Assembly (NCBI GenBank): GCA_020137815.1
Contig: CM035351.1
Coordinates: forward strand, 7,750,001 to 7,814,000
Length of the DNA stretch: 64,000 nucleotides
Reading direction: 5' to 3'
DNA from: Hormiphora californensis
Lineage: Eukaryota; Animalia; Ctenophora
The notes under the pieces were generated by a model. It saw only the letters and a list, made by a program, of their open reading frames with translations. It ran no database searches and was not told where the DNA came from. Positions 37,772 to 51,248 of the stretch are shown here, one piece after another. A program made the position numbers and the translations under genes. How positions within the stretch are numbered: the first letter of the stretch is position 1; every line of letters begins with the position of its first letter.

Positions 37772-38562
37772 TCTCCCTGTATTTCATGTGTGTCACGTGG
37801 TGTGTTGAGGGGGTTACAGTTGGCTTCTCCCTCACCCAATTCTACCTATTCTATTAACCACCTGTGCTGTTCTCTCCCCCACCCTGTATCTTTCATATTC
37901 TTCTTTCTTCTCTTGTTGTACATAATGTTTTGCCTCGTTCATTGTACGTGTTGATCTGACGCTCAATCAGTAGGTGTGCGTGTGTTTTGGCTCTTTTCCT
38001 ATCAATTAGCTACTTAACGAAAATTTACCCTTGTTATTACCGCTTACGAGAGGGGCTAAAAATACAAATTGAGAGAAAGCGATAGAGAGATAGAGCGTAA
38101 GAGAAAGAGAGGAGAATTTGTAAAAAGGAATGTGGTTTACCGTACACTCAAATAAGTGTGCAAATTTATCCGCTGTACTTAGCAGTCAACCTGTCAAATC
38201 TGTCTTATTGTCTGCCTGTCTTTCTGTCTCTCTGTCTGAGTGTTTGTTTGTCTGTCTGTCTGAGTGTTTGTTTGTCTCTCTGTTTGTCTGTTTGTTTGTC
38301 TGTTTGTTTGTCTGTCTGACTGTCTGTCTCTAATAGTCTGTCCCTGAAAGTCTCTAATTGTCTGATTGTTGGTCAATCAAAAACTGTTTCTTCTCTTCCT
38401 GTCCGTGACTCCTCCATACTTTTTCACACTTATAGTCTCCCTCTCTTCCGTCCCTCTAAGTTCCTTACACACACGCAAATAATATATGTGAGTGTATTTA
38501 TTGAGTCGCTCTCTGTTTTTCTCTCTTTCTTTTTCTCTCTCTTTCTCTTTCTCTCTCTCTCT

Positions 38563-38608
<46 letters not shown>

Positions 38609-38651
38609 CTATCTCCTCTCATATTTCCTCTCTCTCTCTCTCCTCTCCTCA

Positions 38652-38697
<46 letters not shown>

Positions 38698-41600
38698 TTC
38701 TCTCTCTCTCTCTCCTCTCTTCCTCTCTCTATCCATCTCTTCCTCTCTCCTTCCCTCTACATTTCTCTCTTCCTTTCCGGACAGCACTTACAAAGTGGTG
38801 AGGAGTGGGAGAGGGGATTAGACAGAGAGAATCTTTGGAGGGCGAGGGGGAGAATAGGGACAGAAAATGATAGATTTAGATACGATATGATGATTGTACG
38901 ATCAAAGTTTTTTGGAGAAACATGTTGTGAAATGTTCTTCTAAAGTGGAAAACTATAACTCTAGTTGGAAATATGATCTGATGGATCTATACTGTGTGTG
39001 TGGGGTCTAATAGGTACAGATAGGGGGAGAAAGAGACATAGAGAGAGAAGACAACCTAATAATAGTACATGTGCAGGACTAACGAGTGGTACCGAAAAGG
39101 GCCCCCCTTATTGTTTGTGTGGTTTTTAGTTTTTTATTTTGTTTCTATTTTGTTTCTATATCTCCTAGATCTCCTACCAGTCCTTCATCTAGTTCCCCTA
39201 CTTCTGTACCAGAATGAACTCTCATGATGACCCTACTCCTGAAGTTATGTAGGTCCTAATACCACCCCCCTCTCCAGTTCTAGTGTGTCTAGTGTGTGTT
39301 TTAGTGTGTGAATATGTAATGGAATATTGTGAGTAAATTCACAATTCACTGTCATAAATCCATTAGTAGTTTGTGCTTAGTTGAATATAGAATCTAAATT
39401 AACGCTGGGTCTTGAGACAGTAGACATCAATATGTCAATACGTCATCTCTCCATACACTATATCTCTCATGAGTAATGAACCATAGAGATAAAGGGTCAC
39501 ATATTTGTACAATATCTGTTACACTGTGTTTCAAATACACACACCATTTATGTAGCTAGGGAGTGTACTATTCTATTGAGTGTGTGGAATGTGGGGATCC
39601 AGTGTTACACCTATAGGTCTATTGTTCCTCACTCAATTACAACATGTGCCCTAAATATTGTATCTAGCCACAGGTATTATCCCTAGTATCCTTTACCAAA
39701 TATCTTTATCGATATCCCAATGAGTTACACAGTGTATTTTCAGAAACTGCGCCATAGCGGACTACTTGAAGAGCTCTGGGTACACTGAGGCATTCAACCA
39801 TTTTGTCCAGGAGGCCGCAGTGGTAAGTCTTCCATTTTCTTAAATAGTCCCCCAAATACTAAATAGCTCCGAATCGGAACCACTGCCGGGTTCATGAGAC
39901 TGCAATCCTGAATCCAGCGGTGGGCGGACTCTAGTGCTAACGGACTCTTTATCTAAATCCAAGGCGGACTCTATATCTAAAAACGGACTCTTTATCTACA
40001 GTTAGATTTTGAAAAAAGTTTAGATAAAGAGTCCTCCCTGTGTAGACTTTTTAGATAAAGAGTCCGCCCTGTGTAGAATTTTTAGATATAGAGTCCTCTA
40101 GTACATTTTGGCGCCAAATCCTCCAACCCGGACTCTATGTCTAAAATCCTAACCCAACCCAAAACCTAACCCTAACACTAACCCTAACCCTAACCTCGAA
40201 CCCAAATAACGGCCCTAACACTTCTAAATTAGTATAGGGGTAGAGCAAACTCTCGTTTCCGGCCTAACGGCCGAAATCTCGAGTTCGCGGCGAAAGGCGG
40301 ACTCTATATCTAATTTAGATTTATGTAGATATAGAGTCCACTTTGTTTAGACTTTTTAGATAAAGAGTCCGCCCTGTGTAGACTTTTTAGATAAAGAGTC
40401 CTCCTAGAGTTTAGAATTATTTGGACTCTTTATCTAAATCTAAATTTAGATATAGAGTCCTCTTTAGACTTAGAGTGTAGCACTAGAGTCCGCACACCGA
40501 ATCCAGCACCGTCTCCAGCTGCTGCAGCGGCGGCCGCGATGGAGTGTGCTGATACCCGTTTGAAAAATGTGTCTTCATTGTAGAGGTCTTGGCGCGAGTG
40601 AACGCGCACTGAGCGCGCGCAGCCCCGGTTGAGACGTACTGCTGAATTTGTCAGTTCGTCTGTCGGGGGGACCCTGGCACATTCCAGTTCCCAAACCTGC
40701 AGACTACCTTCTAAACCATCCTATCTCTCCCCAGCCGTCAGATAAAATGGCGGATAAGAAAATCAATGGTTTGCTTGAGAAAAAGTGGACGTCAGTATTA
40801 CGACTTCAGAAGAAGGTCATGGACTTGGAAACGAAACAAGCCGAGACAGTCCGAGAGTATGAGGGTGGCCCGACGAAAAAAGAGCGGTCAGCTGAGAGTT
40901 GGATCCCGAGGCCTCCTGAGAGGTATTGCTTGACGGGTCATAGGATGCCAGTGACACGGGTTATATTCCATCCAATCTACAATGTAATGGTGTCAGCCAG
41001 CGAGGATGGATGTATGAAGGTACGTAGAGTTGTTATCAAATCTATATTGTTGTTATCAAATCTATATTCATGATAACTAAGGAAACACGAGTTATTTCGG
41101 CACTGGAAATAAGTTTACCGTAGCTTTCAAATACACTTGGGTATTCTTCGTCAGCGTAGTCGCTGAGAGATAGTGCTTGTATTAATGATTCAATATCTAA
41201 ATATATCTTTCAATCAGGTGTGGGACTATGAGAGTGGGGACTTTGAGCGAACATTAAAAGGGCACACAGATGCAGTAAATGACATCGCATTTGAACCATC
41301 AGGGAAGACCCTCGCCTCCTGTTCCTCTGATCTCACTATCAGGCTTTGGGATTTCGTGGGATTCGAGTGCATGAAAACACTTCACGGTATGTACCTTTAT
41401 CAGGGTACAACCCTACATATCCTATTATAATTTAACATTTTAAGATCACGTCTCGGTGTCCCATGTACTAATTCCTAACACCCCCTTTCCCAGGTCATGA
41501 TCACACTGTATCCTCTGTATCGTTTGTTCCAAGTGGAGATTTCCTGGTCAGTGCTAGTCGGGACAAGAGTATAAAGGTGTGGGAGGTATCAACAGGATAC

Positions 41601-42627
41601 TGTACTAAAACACTGCAGGGACACAGGGAGTGGGTTAGACAGGCTGTAGTCTCTCCAGATGGGAAACTAATTGCATCAGGATCTAACGATCATGTGAGTG
41701 TGGATTCATCTGGCAGGCATCATCAGATTTAGATGAACCTTTTTTTGTAATGTATTGTCTCTTTGATTTACTCAACCCTAAGTTTCCACTCTCTCCCCCA
41801 GTCAATAAGAGTGTGGGAGATAGCAACCAAAGAATGTAAGGTAGAGCTGAGAGAACATGACCACGTGGTTGAGTGTGTGGCGTGGGCTGGGGAGAACTGT
41901 ACCCCTCACATCAATGAGGCTATACAGCAGGAGGTAATTATTGAAAATTATAGATCTTTGATTTCATAAACAATGCCAAACATGTTTTTCCACTTTTCCA
42001 AAAACCCTCTTCGTTTCAGAACCCGCGAGCAGCCAAGTCAGAGGGCCCCTTCCTGATTTCTGGGTCCCGAGATAAAACAATCAAAGTGTACGATATCAGC
42101 ACTGGCAGTTGTATCATATCACTGGTGAGTTTTAGTTTAATTATCTTGTCAATTATATTTGCTGTAAACCTGCGTCCTGCAGATATCGAGACCAACTATG
42201 AGTAATATCTGCTGCTATTCTCCAGCCTAACCAAGTACCCCCCCCCTCCCAGATTGGACATGATAACTGGGTGAGACAGGCCATCTTCCACCCCTCGGGG
42301 AAGTTTATTGTTAGTTGTGCTGATGACAAAACCCTGAGAGTTTGGGACTACAAGAACAGGAGATGTACCAAGACCATCGCAGCACATGAACACTTTGTTA
42401 CCTGCTTAGGTAAGTTTCATTAGGCATCTCTTTCTTATCTTCTTACCAGACCGTACCATTGCTGCTTTAGTTTCCACATCATATTTGATATTGTACTAAT
42501 ATTTGATATTGTGCTAATATTTCCAGTTCACTAACACTATTCTCTGTTTTCAGATTTTCATAGGAACGCTCCGTATGTTATTACCGGTAGTGTGGACCAG
42601 CTTTGCAAAGTGTGGGAGTGCCGTTGA
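31469..42627 (+). CDS. PAFAH1B1: Lissencephaly-1 dynein regulator. Exons 31469-31500, 39744-39822, 40735-41019, 41218-41386, 41494-41693, 41802-41933, 42020-42124, 42253-42409, 42554-42627
   Basis: [11 protein letters not shown]|[13 protein letters not shown] (LisH); [21 protein letters not shown]; WIPRPPERY; seven WD40 repeats; C-terminal [16 protein letters not shown]. All introns are GT-AG and the phases are consistent. Confidence 0.96.
32241..32385. repeat. About 20-bp minisatellite with conserved TGATCTGAT core, about 7 copies
   Basis: Units of TGATCTGAT plus variable bases ending in a G run. Confidence 0.85.
33900..35275. mobile_element. Non-autonomous hAT-type foldback element; 630-bp arms, 116-bp spacer, 8-bp TSD CTCTAAAC
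   Basis: TAGGGTGCGTCATTTTGC...GCAAAATGACGCACCCTA; TSD at 33892-33899 and 35276-35283; mirror-image ORFs in the track. An 8-bp TSD with TAGGG ends is typical of hAT. Confidence 0.93.
36582..36736. repeat. 76-bp tandem duplication in the LINE 3' UTR
   Basis: ATGCCGGCCCCACTGG...TTTGGTGAAG twice, identical. Confidence 0.92.
39919..40498. mobile_element. 580-bp MITE with 9-bp TSD GAATCCAGC (Mutator- or Merlin-like) in LIS1 intron 2
   Basis: TIR GGTGGGCGGACTCTAGTGCTA / TAGCACTAGAGTCCGCACACC; TSD at 39910-39918 and 40499-40507; many GGACTCTTTATCTA subrepeats; central CCCTAA tract. Confidence 0.88.
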
Positions 42628-44094
42628 GAAAGAGAGAGAAAGACTGTGCCTGCTTCCTCGACGCTCCTCCTCTCTCTCCCTCCTTCTCCATCTTCTTCTC
42701 TCTCTTTCTCTGTCTCTCTCTTCTCTCTCTTTCTCTCCAAGTCGGGTTTTACCATGAATGATACAACAGGGCGCCAGATGTGTTTTGTAGGTTTTGTAAA
42801 GAGGCGGGAAAGGGCCACAGAAGTATGAACTCTCTCTCTCTTCCTGAAGTGTGTTGTGTTGTTTCCCCTAATAATACCAATATGTTGTGTTTTCCTTACA
42901 ATATGTTTTTTTTCTGGGATTTTGGCGCTGTATTCTGTTTTTTTTTCAACGATTTCCCCCGAGAGTTTTGTTTCCTAAGAGTTAATGATAAGTTGAGCGT
43001 TAATATGAAATGAGTGTTATCAATCTGCTTCCAAATTTTAGATCAGGACCTGATCATCAGGTATCACGTCCTGTAATAGTTGTCAGTTTCATTCCCTGGG
43101 GTGTTCCCCCATTTTGTAACAATGGTACCCCTCCTACCCCTCGTTATATAATGATGATTTGGTGTGCGTCCCAATTAACTAATTACTTAATGAGTGTGTG
43201 CCGAATTACTGGTAGAGATATATAATATGCATTTGACATTTTTGCAAAACACCAGATTTCGAGTTTTCGTTTGTTTTCTCAATGCCGTACTTGATCCCTT
43301 TCCAGCGTGCTAATAAATATCAGCCGATACGCGCAAATCAGGTGCGACATTATACGATATGGTTCGGGGTACAATGTGCTGCCTGCAGTAGCAGCTAGCC
43401 GCGGCAGGTCCGATGCGTGTGGTGAAATGGCACGCTATCCGCACCCCCTCCCGTGCCGCGGCTCTGTCTGGCGTCGCTTTGATTCTCAGATCGGATCGGC
43501 GCCGCCAGACAGGCTCAGATTCGGTTGGCGCCGCCAGATGGCACACAGATGCGGCTAGTGGCTATGAGTTATGACGGGGGTTATGACTCTGCTCTGAATC
43601 TATCTCACGTTCCATTTTTGTGTGAATTGGGAGGGTGGCACAGTGCACTACTTTTCCCCACCACCGTCCACTACCAGTCACACCTTTTTCATTGCATTTG
43701 TGAGTGTTCGGTTGTCATGGTTCCTAGGGCCTGAGATTTTGTTCTAATAATTGATCGGAGAGGGTTCCGGCTTGTGAATATATTTATGGCCGCCTGAGAA
43801 TTGGAATTTTAATTCTATTCAGATTCACTTCAATCACAGCTCTTCTACCACTATAACAGTACCAGGCCCCACAACGTCTGTTCTGGAAAAGAGAGAGAGA
43901 GAGAGAGAGGAATGATTTGTTTCAATCTTCGTACGTGGTCTACCCAGGGAGAATGAGAGCATTAACCGTACCAGGTTTTGGGGCCGGGGGAGAGCGTGTG
44001 TTTCCAACAAACAATGATACCCAGCAGCTCCTCCCGTGCAATGTCTCAGGTTACATTGTTCTATCATGACCTAGACTTTCCCTGACTTGAGAAA

Positions 44095-47000
44095 ATGCAA
44101 CCCTTATTAGCAGTCCTTATACTCCTATTTCTCCCTGGTAGGTTATTTTGACCTGTTGTTGTCATGAGTAGAATTATCCTAGTACTAATAGTAGGCATGT
44201 CGCCAACTCATATATTCCTAGTTCTTACTTCATAGTTTAGATTTGGCCCACAATTATCATATAGGTTTAACTTTTAGAAATTCAGTTAAATCTTGTTGAG
44301 TAAGGGGTTACAGGATTCATTGACACCTTCATTGTCCAGTTTGTTAATCATTCCCTTCCCTTCTCCAGATCCCTGTCGATCTCATACTGCTGTGATATTG
44401 CTAAGTGAAAATGGTTAGTGAGAGTCCCAGAGAGAAAGCTACCTTGGCGAAATACTTTTTCCTTATTTAGTAATAGTATTTACTTACTCAATAATTATTT
44501 ACTAACTTGACTAATATAACTGGTTCATTTAATAACCCGGCCTCTCTCTCTCTCTCTCTCAGTGGTGTATCCAGAAGCATCAATACCGATGGGTTTTGTA
44601 TCAAAACTCAAGACAGCAGCTGAGACGAGCCATCACAACTTCACCCTCATGATTAGATCTCTATCCTACAAGAATGGGGCCTTATTACGTGATTGTGATA
44701 TTTCCACCCCAATATTCGAACAGGTACACATTGTACTGATGACATGCATGCTGGGTGAAATTCGAGGGACACTCACGATTTATCGTTTTATCGTTATCAA
44801 ATTTATGTGACATTTTGGAGGTGCAGCATGTACTTTTTATGCCCTTTATTACCGGGGCCCTCGTTGAAGACCACTAACTAAGTCACCAACTGTTTGGCGG
44901 TGCCATGCCCCGATTTGGCTCTCAGATGGGGCGCCAGACAGGTCACCAAGGTCTAATATGAATCTAAAATCACATGTATTCCAACAGGAGCACGATAGTT
45001 CGTATTACGTGGGTGCATTGCACTCCCCAGTAGCGGTAGAAATGGCCACCTTCCTCAGAAAACCCTACTTCACCCTAACCTACATAGGGTCTGAGAACAC
45101 AGTGGGAGGAGAGGATACCAACTATCAGCTACCTATCAATCCCCCATATGAAGCCAGTGCAAAGGCGATATTCAGGGTCCTTGTTGAACGGCAATGGGCA
45201 AACGCCAAGTATGTAGTATCTATATAGCAGGAACCGACCGAAACAAGTAAACAACCAATCAGAACTCGTTATTTAGGTCACGTGACTGGTTATCAGCCAA
45301 TCAGGGACCAGTATTTCCTGATCCGGTCGGTTCCTGCTATATAGCAACTGTTGTGCCAGATTAGACAGTTCTGTCCAGGCATCCGTAACCGGTCCGATTC
45401 CTTACTCAACAACTTCCTAATCACAGCTCCTAGTCCCGCTCCATAAAGTCCTACACTAAACCAAAATCCCCAGCAATGCTTCACACCTCACGGACTGCAA
45501 CCACTTTTCCATTTTCAGGGTAACTTTATAGTATCAGGGTTACCATGGTACACTAAAGCGTGGGAATACCTAATCAAAGTATACAAGGAGATACAGAAAG
45601 ATCCACAATACAAAAACATTCTAAATCTGGGTATGGCAGTTTCTGATCTATTCACAGATCCACATCTCCAGATCCACATCTCCTAGATCCCTATAATGCC
45701 AGGATTTCTTATTTCTAGACATATGGTCTTCATACTCATAAATGATAAACATATCCGTTCATTTCCCTTTTTGGCCTGATTCCAAATATTATTTCCCAAT
45801 AACCGGGACCTGGGTTGGGTCTCAGCCAGCTAGCTCAAACTAATACACACTTCAGATGTGAAAGTGAAAACTCTGAACCCTAGTTCAGCTGAACTCAGTA
45901 ATGACTATTTTGAAGAATTCGTTGCCAGTGAGAATACAGCCAACATATTCTCATTTATTGGACATGTCTGCGAATTGAGGAGATATGCGTATACAGCATA
46001 TACTATGGGTAAGGTCATAGAATCAGTGAGTATGTGACTTTACAATTCTAGCCACCTCTAGGGTGTTATGAAAGTTTTCAGATAAAACCATTATCTGACC
46101 CAGGTTGTGATTCTTACATCAGTATCACCGCTATCATCTATTTCAGGGCTGTTAGGTAAGGGGAAAGTGATCTTCTTTTTGGACATCTATGGGCAGTCTA
46201 TGTCCCAGGGTAAACTGATGGACATTGATTGTTCAAGATGGTTTTCTGGCTGGAATGACTGGGATAAAGATACCATGGAATCTGCCTTGAAGTTTGTCTT
46301 TTTCGGAGTCAGTTACTGGAAATCAATGAGACATGCCACTACGTGAGTTGCTCTTCAGGAAGCACTAAAACTCAAAATACCTGTGTTGGACTTGAAACCC
46401 ACGACTGGTTCACTTCCCAGTTCCCACCAACAGTGCTCTATCGGGTACTACCGACGGGTATGACTTACCAGTTACCATTGACCATTTTTGAAGTGGCCCT
46501 GTTTGTGTAACTTCTAATGTTTTCAGGAGTCGGTTTGAGGGGTTGTTTAACATCACTACCCCACTTGATGAAAGTGGGTTTGAGCTGCTGCTAGCGGACT
46601 CTATCCACCTCATTGCCTCCTACACGGACATCACGGGCCGGGGCGACATCTCTATCGGAGACTGGGCGGAGAACACTAACACAACCCTGTATAGTGGGCC
46701 CATTAGGTGGGGTGAGGCGAGGAAGTCAAGGGACCTCCCTATTGGCATGGTATTTTACCATGGGAACGGAATGGTAAAGACTTGGAACTGGACCAATTGT
46801 GCGGAACCTTACTGTAGTGCTATCACTGACTACGGTGAGATGAACTTGGATCAATCCATTTTGTTAAGTAACCTTCCCCATGCCTTACCCGACCCTCTCT
46901 CCCCTCGATCGGGTTTGAACAAAACAACATTACCCCTCCCACTATAATAACAGTATGTTTCACAAAATATCATCTCAATTCTCACTAGGTGCCAGTATAC

Positions 47001-50000
47001 CCTGGGTAGATGGAGAGATTCCTGATCCAGTTTGGTCACCCCCCTCACGCAGAACAGCCCTTGAAGCGTCAGCGGGCGGCTTTGTAATTTTCCTAGTTCT
47101 TATCTCTATCAGCGCATACCTCACCAACAAAGCTTATCAAAAACGAAAATGTCGAAAGTCCCGAAAGCTGGTGTTTCTGGATACCCGTAAATTGAGTTTC
47201 AGAAGGCGGAACGATTTCAAGAGATGCAGTACTCGTAGCGCTGCTAATGTAAGTCTGGCTGGACGGTATGCAAATGTCAGGAGACTGATAGGAAGTTACA
47301 AACACTGTGATGTGCATGTAAAGGAGATTAGCGATGTCCAGGGGAATATTTCTAAAGATTTGGAGCTGGTAGTGGACCTTGCGAAGAGAGTCTCTGGAGC
47401 ATGCGAGAATGTAAACTTTCTACTGGGGGTGGTTGAAAAGGGTGGAGGGATTGTACAGCTAGTACAACTACACTGTGCTTATGGTAGCCTGTGTGACCTA
47501 ATTGAAACTAACCCTCTCAATATCATGGAGAATTTCGAGTACAAAATGCACGTACTGAATGACGTAGCACGTGGTATGAAGCACATGCACACTGTAATGA
47601 ATCTCCCCCACGGCTCCCTAAAATCATCCAACTGCCTGGTGGACAGTAAGTGGTGTGTGAAGGTGAGCGATATAGAACCACCCGGTATCAGAGTGTCTTA
47701 CAAAGAGACAGTAAATGATCCGGAGCTGACTGCTGCTGAGAAACTTTGGACGGCTCCCGAGCTGTTAAACGCCAAAAGGAGGTGTACTAAAGCTGAGCTG
47801 ATGCAGTGTGATGTATTCAGTTTCGCACTGGTGGCATGTCATGTACTGCAGTGTAGGCTGCCCTATACCAGTGATCAGGAGGAGGTGTCGTGTATAGATG
47901 TGGTGGCAAGAGTGAAGGGGAACTCTGATCCTCCCTTCAGACCTCAGGTAACTGTTTAGGATAGGGTCTACACAACTAAAACTCTATAAAATGTAAATAT
48001 GCTTGCCTCCTGGTTCTACAACTTCTAATAGACCTCTCTCTACACTACCCAGCTGCTAAGGACAGAGTGTAGCGGTGTTGATGATTTGGTAAACTTGGTG
48101 ACTTCTTGCTGGGATCAAAACCCTAAATCTAGACCTGAGTTTGTAGCGATACTGAAGTCCCTGGAACCCTATCTCACCCAGGATATCAGCTTTGGAGATT
48201 TTCTCGCCACTCAAATGGAGGAATACTCAGAGGGGCTTGACAATAAAGTGAAAGGTAAAGCCTGAACCTATTCCTAGTATTTGCTTATCAAGTTTCCATA
48301 ATGAACAAACACCTATTTTCATATCAGAAATGGAACAAAATCTGATGGGGGAGCAAAGGAACTTCAAAGACCTCCTTCAAAAGATGCTACCCCGCCATAT
48401 TGTGCACTGTCTAATGGCGGAAAGACAACCTCCCTTTGAGACCTCAGAAGTGTCACTGTTTTTTAGTGATATCTACAACTTCCAAAAGATTGCCAACTCC
48501 AGAAAGTTCAAAGATGACCCCAAACTCATTGTCGACTTTCTGAACAACGTATGTAGATAGCTCAATCGTATCCATTATTTACACAGTTCGTTAGGACGTT
48601 AGAGTTCGACATAACGTGTGATATTTGGTAACCATAGTGATCGTAACACGTGATATTTCAGTTGTATGATGTACTGGACCACATGGTCGATTGTTTTGGA
48701 GATAAACTGTATAAAGTTGAGACAATCGGAGATTCATATCTTGTTATGTCTGGTCTACCCGTCCGACAAGAGCCCAAGTAAGTACTTTCTTCAAGTTCAA
48801 CTCTCATTTAGATTTACACAGTGACCTGGTAGTGTCATAGCAACAGAAACACAACAGAAAATAACCGCTACAATTCCAGTTGTATGCACGGAGGATGTAT
48901 AGCTACCTTTGCCCTGTTCGTCCTGAGTCGAGTGAACGAGATGGAGATAGAGGGCTCAAAAGGTCCCCTCCGGGTTCAGATACGAATAGGAATTCACACT
49001 GGCAGTCTGGCTGCCGGTGTGATAGGTACTGGGATCAACCCCCGATACTGCTTGTTCGGGGACACAGTTAACTTCACTTCAAGACTTGAGAGCACTGGGA
49101 AGCCCTTTACAATACACACCTAGTGAGGCCATGGTGGGGCTGTTGAGGGAGCACAATAATGCATTTAGAGTGGTACCACGGGCCAAGAAGGTGACTCTGA
49201 AAAACAGAGGGGAGCATCAGACATACTTTGTAACAGGTCAGTGAAACCACTACTTGGACCCCAATGGGGAAAAACAGTTGTTGGTTCCCTCATAAACCGA
49301 AAATCGTGTGATTATTGTGCGACCTCTAACTCGACCAGATATGTATCCCTCCATAGGTATGACAGGTTTTGACTACGAGCTGCCCCCAGAAACAGTTGCA
49401 CTACAAACAGATATGGATGGTTCAGATGTAGAGTCGGTGTTGTCCGGGGCAACGGCTGACAGCTCAGTTTGGACATCCAATACGACCAGGAAGGTCTCAC
49501 AGTCTCATAGTACAGAGGAGGATATAGAGACGAGCACTACGGGGACAGCTAGTAACAATAACGAGGTGAAGAAGGAAAGGAAGAAGAAGTTATCAACTGC
49601 AGTTGTGAGAATCGGGATGCACGATATTATCAGGTAATGGTTTCTAAAAAAAGAATACTTTTTGAACTACCGCCTTCACCAGATCTCACTACCGCCTTGA
49701 CCAGATTCCACTACCATCTACCCTACCCAAACATTCACCGACTCTAATCTCAGTGTATCGATGGAGGGTATGATGGAGAGAATGAGAGCACCCCGATCCA
49801 ACCCAGACGAGTTTAACCAGGAGCGAACTGCTAGGAGATGTTTCTCAGAACCTTTCAGAGGAAACTTTGTCATGTAAGAATTGGTTTATTTGTCTATTTC
49901 ATGGGCCCACATTTCCTTCTTGATTGTTAACTGATACATCACTCCCTGATCCCCCTATCTTTTTCAGGGATGATTCAAGACAGAGGTTGTCAACTCCGTT

Positions 50001-50697
50001 CCGTAAGGATAGCAACAGCTCACTCTACTACCAGAAGAAGGACAGTAAGGGAGGGAGGATCAGTGATCTGAGGACGATTGAGGAACCTATAACACCAGAT
50101 GATGTCTTTCCTGATGGGATCTCTTCTGCTTCAGATCTAAATGACGCCACATGTTACGATGATATCAGTAAGTTTTTTTGTGTCAGAACATAGAAACCTT
50201 ATCTATCTTTTTGTTTGGCCTCGCTGTTTCTAGATTTGTCCTCAACAAGAAATAAACTAATTCCTTCTGTTTCTAGACTTGCCCACAGTAATAAATAAAT
50301 TAATCCCCCCTCTCTTGCAGAGTTTGAGGAACTGAACGGAGGAGTACCGCTTTCAACTCTGTACAACCACGAGACGTTTGCATCAAGTTCATCTGACGAC
50401 AAACTAACAGACACAGAGAGACTCTCCGGTAGTATGGGCTCAGCATCCCGAGACCCCCTGACCCTCTACCTGGACACCCCACCCGCCTCAGAGCACTTGA
50501 AAGATGAGGACATTCCCACGCCAACCAACTTGTTTAGGAGGAGCATCAAGAGGAAGGATACCAACACAACCCTAACAGCACCGGCATCCTATGCACTTCA
50601 CAGTCCTACCGCAATGGGGGTGAAGAAGAAGCTGTCGAGAAGTTCCCAGAGTAGCTCACAACCACCAACACCCACCACACCCATACCAACACCCTGA
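44095..50697 (+). CDS. Receptor (membrane) guanylyl cyclase, multi-exon; one frameshift near 49120
   Basis: Signal peptide [14 protein letters not shown]; extracellular exons; [18 protein letters not shown]; pseudokinase ([27 protein letters not shown]); hinge [11 protein letters not shown]; cyclase [39 protein letters not shown]. Extracellular and tail exon boundaries are less certain. Confidence 0.9.
45228..45336. mobile_element. 109-bp hAT MITE with 8-bp TSD CTATATAG in a guanylyl cyclase intron
   Basis: TIR CAGGAACCGACCG / CGGTCGGTTCCTG; TSD at 45220-45227 and 45337-45344. Confidence 0.92.
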
Positions 50698-50918
50698 GGA
50701 ACCCCGAGATGCTAACTAGACACCATTTGAATCATGAATGTATCATAATGACTTTGATCTGAACTATAGAATGATGCTGATCTGAATCATAGAATGGGAA
50801 AACTAGGAGGACCAGTGTTGGAACTATATTGAGAAGGGAGTTGAGGTGCCCGCTTCTTAGATCACGTGATATAGAAACGTTGTAAAGCGCTGAGAAAAGA
50901 GGGTGAGAGAGAGAGAGA

Positions 50919-51063
<145 letters not shown>

Positions 51064-51248
51064 GGTGTGTGATAAAGTCTCCACAAGGAAAAGGGACACC
51101 TGGATTTGCTGACCACCAGAGCTTTGTACCTTCGTTTTGTTACGTTCTCTCTGTTGTTCATACCTTGTTTTAACCCTTTTAAACTTCCGTTTATTATTTT
51201 GTTAACAAACTATCTATCTGTCTAGGAGGAGGGAACAGGAACTGATAG

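Noticed and set aside
40648-40747. LIS1 start as given by the ORF track
   Set aside because: It would lack the LisH domain; the true N-terminal exons are at 31469 and 39744.
43300-43560. GC-rich segment as a tRNA, SINE or ncRNA
   Set aside because: No cloverleaf or A/B boxes; only short CTAGCCGC/GCGGCTAG inverted ends, probably a degraded repeat.
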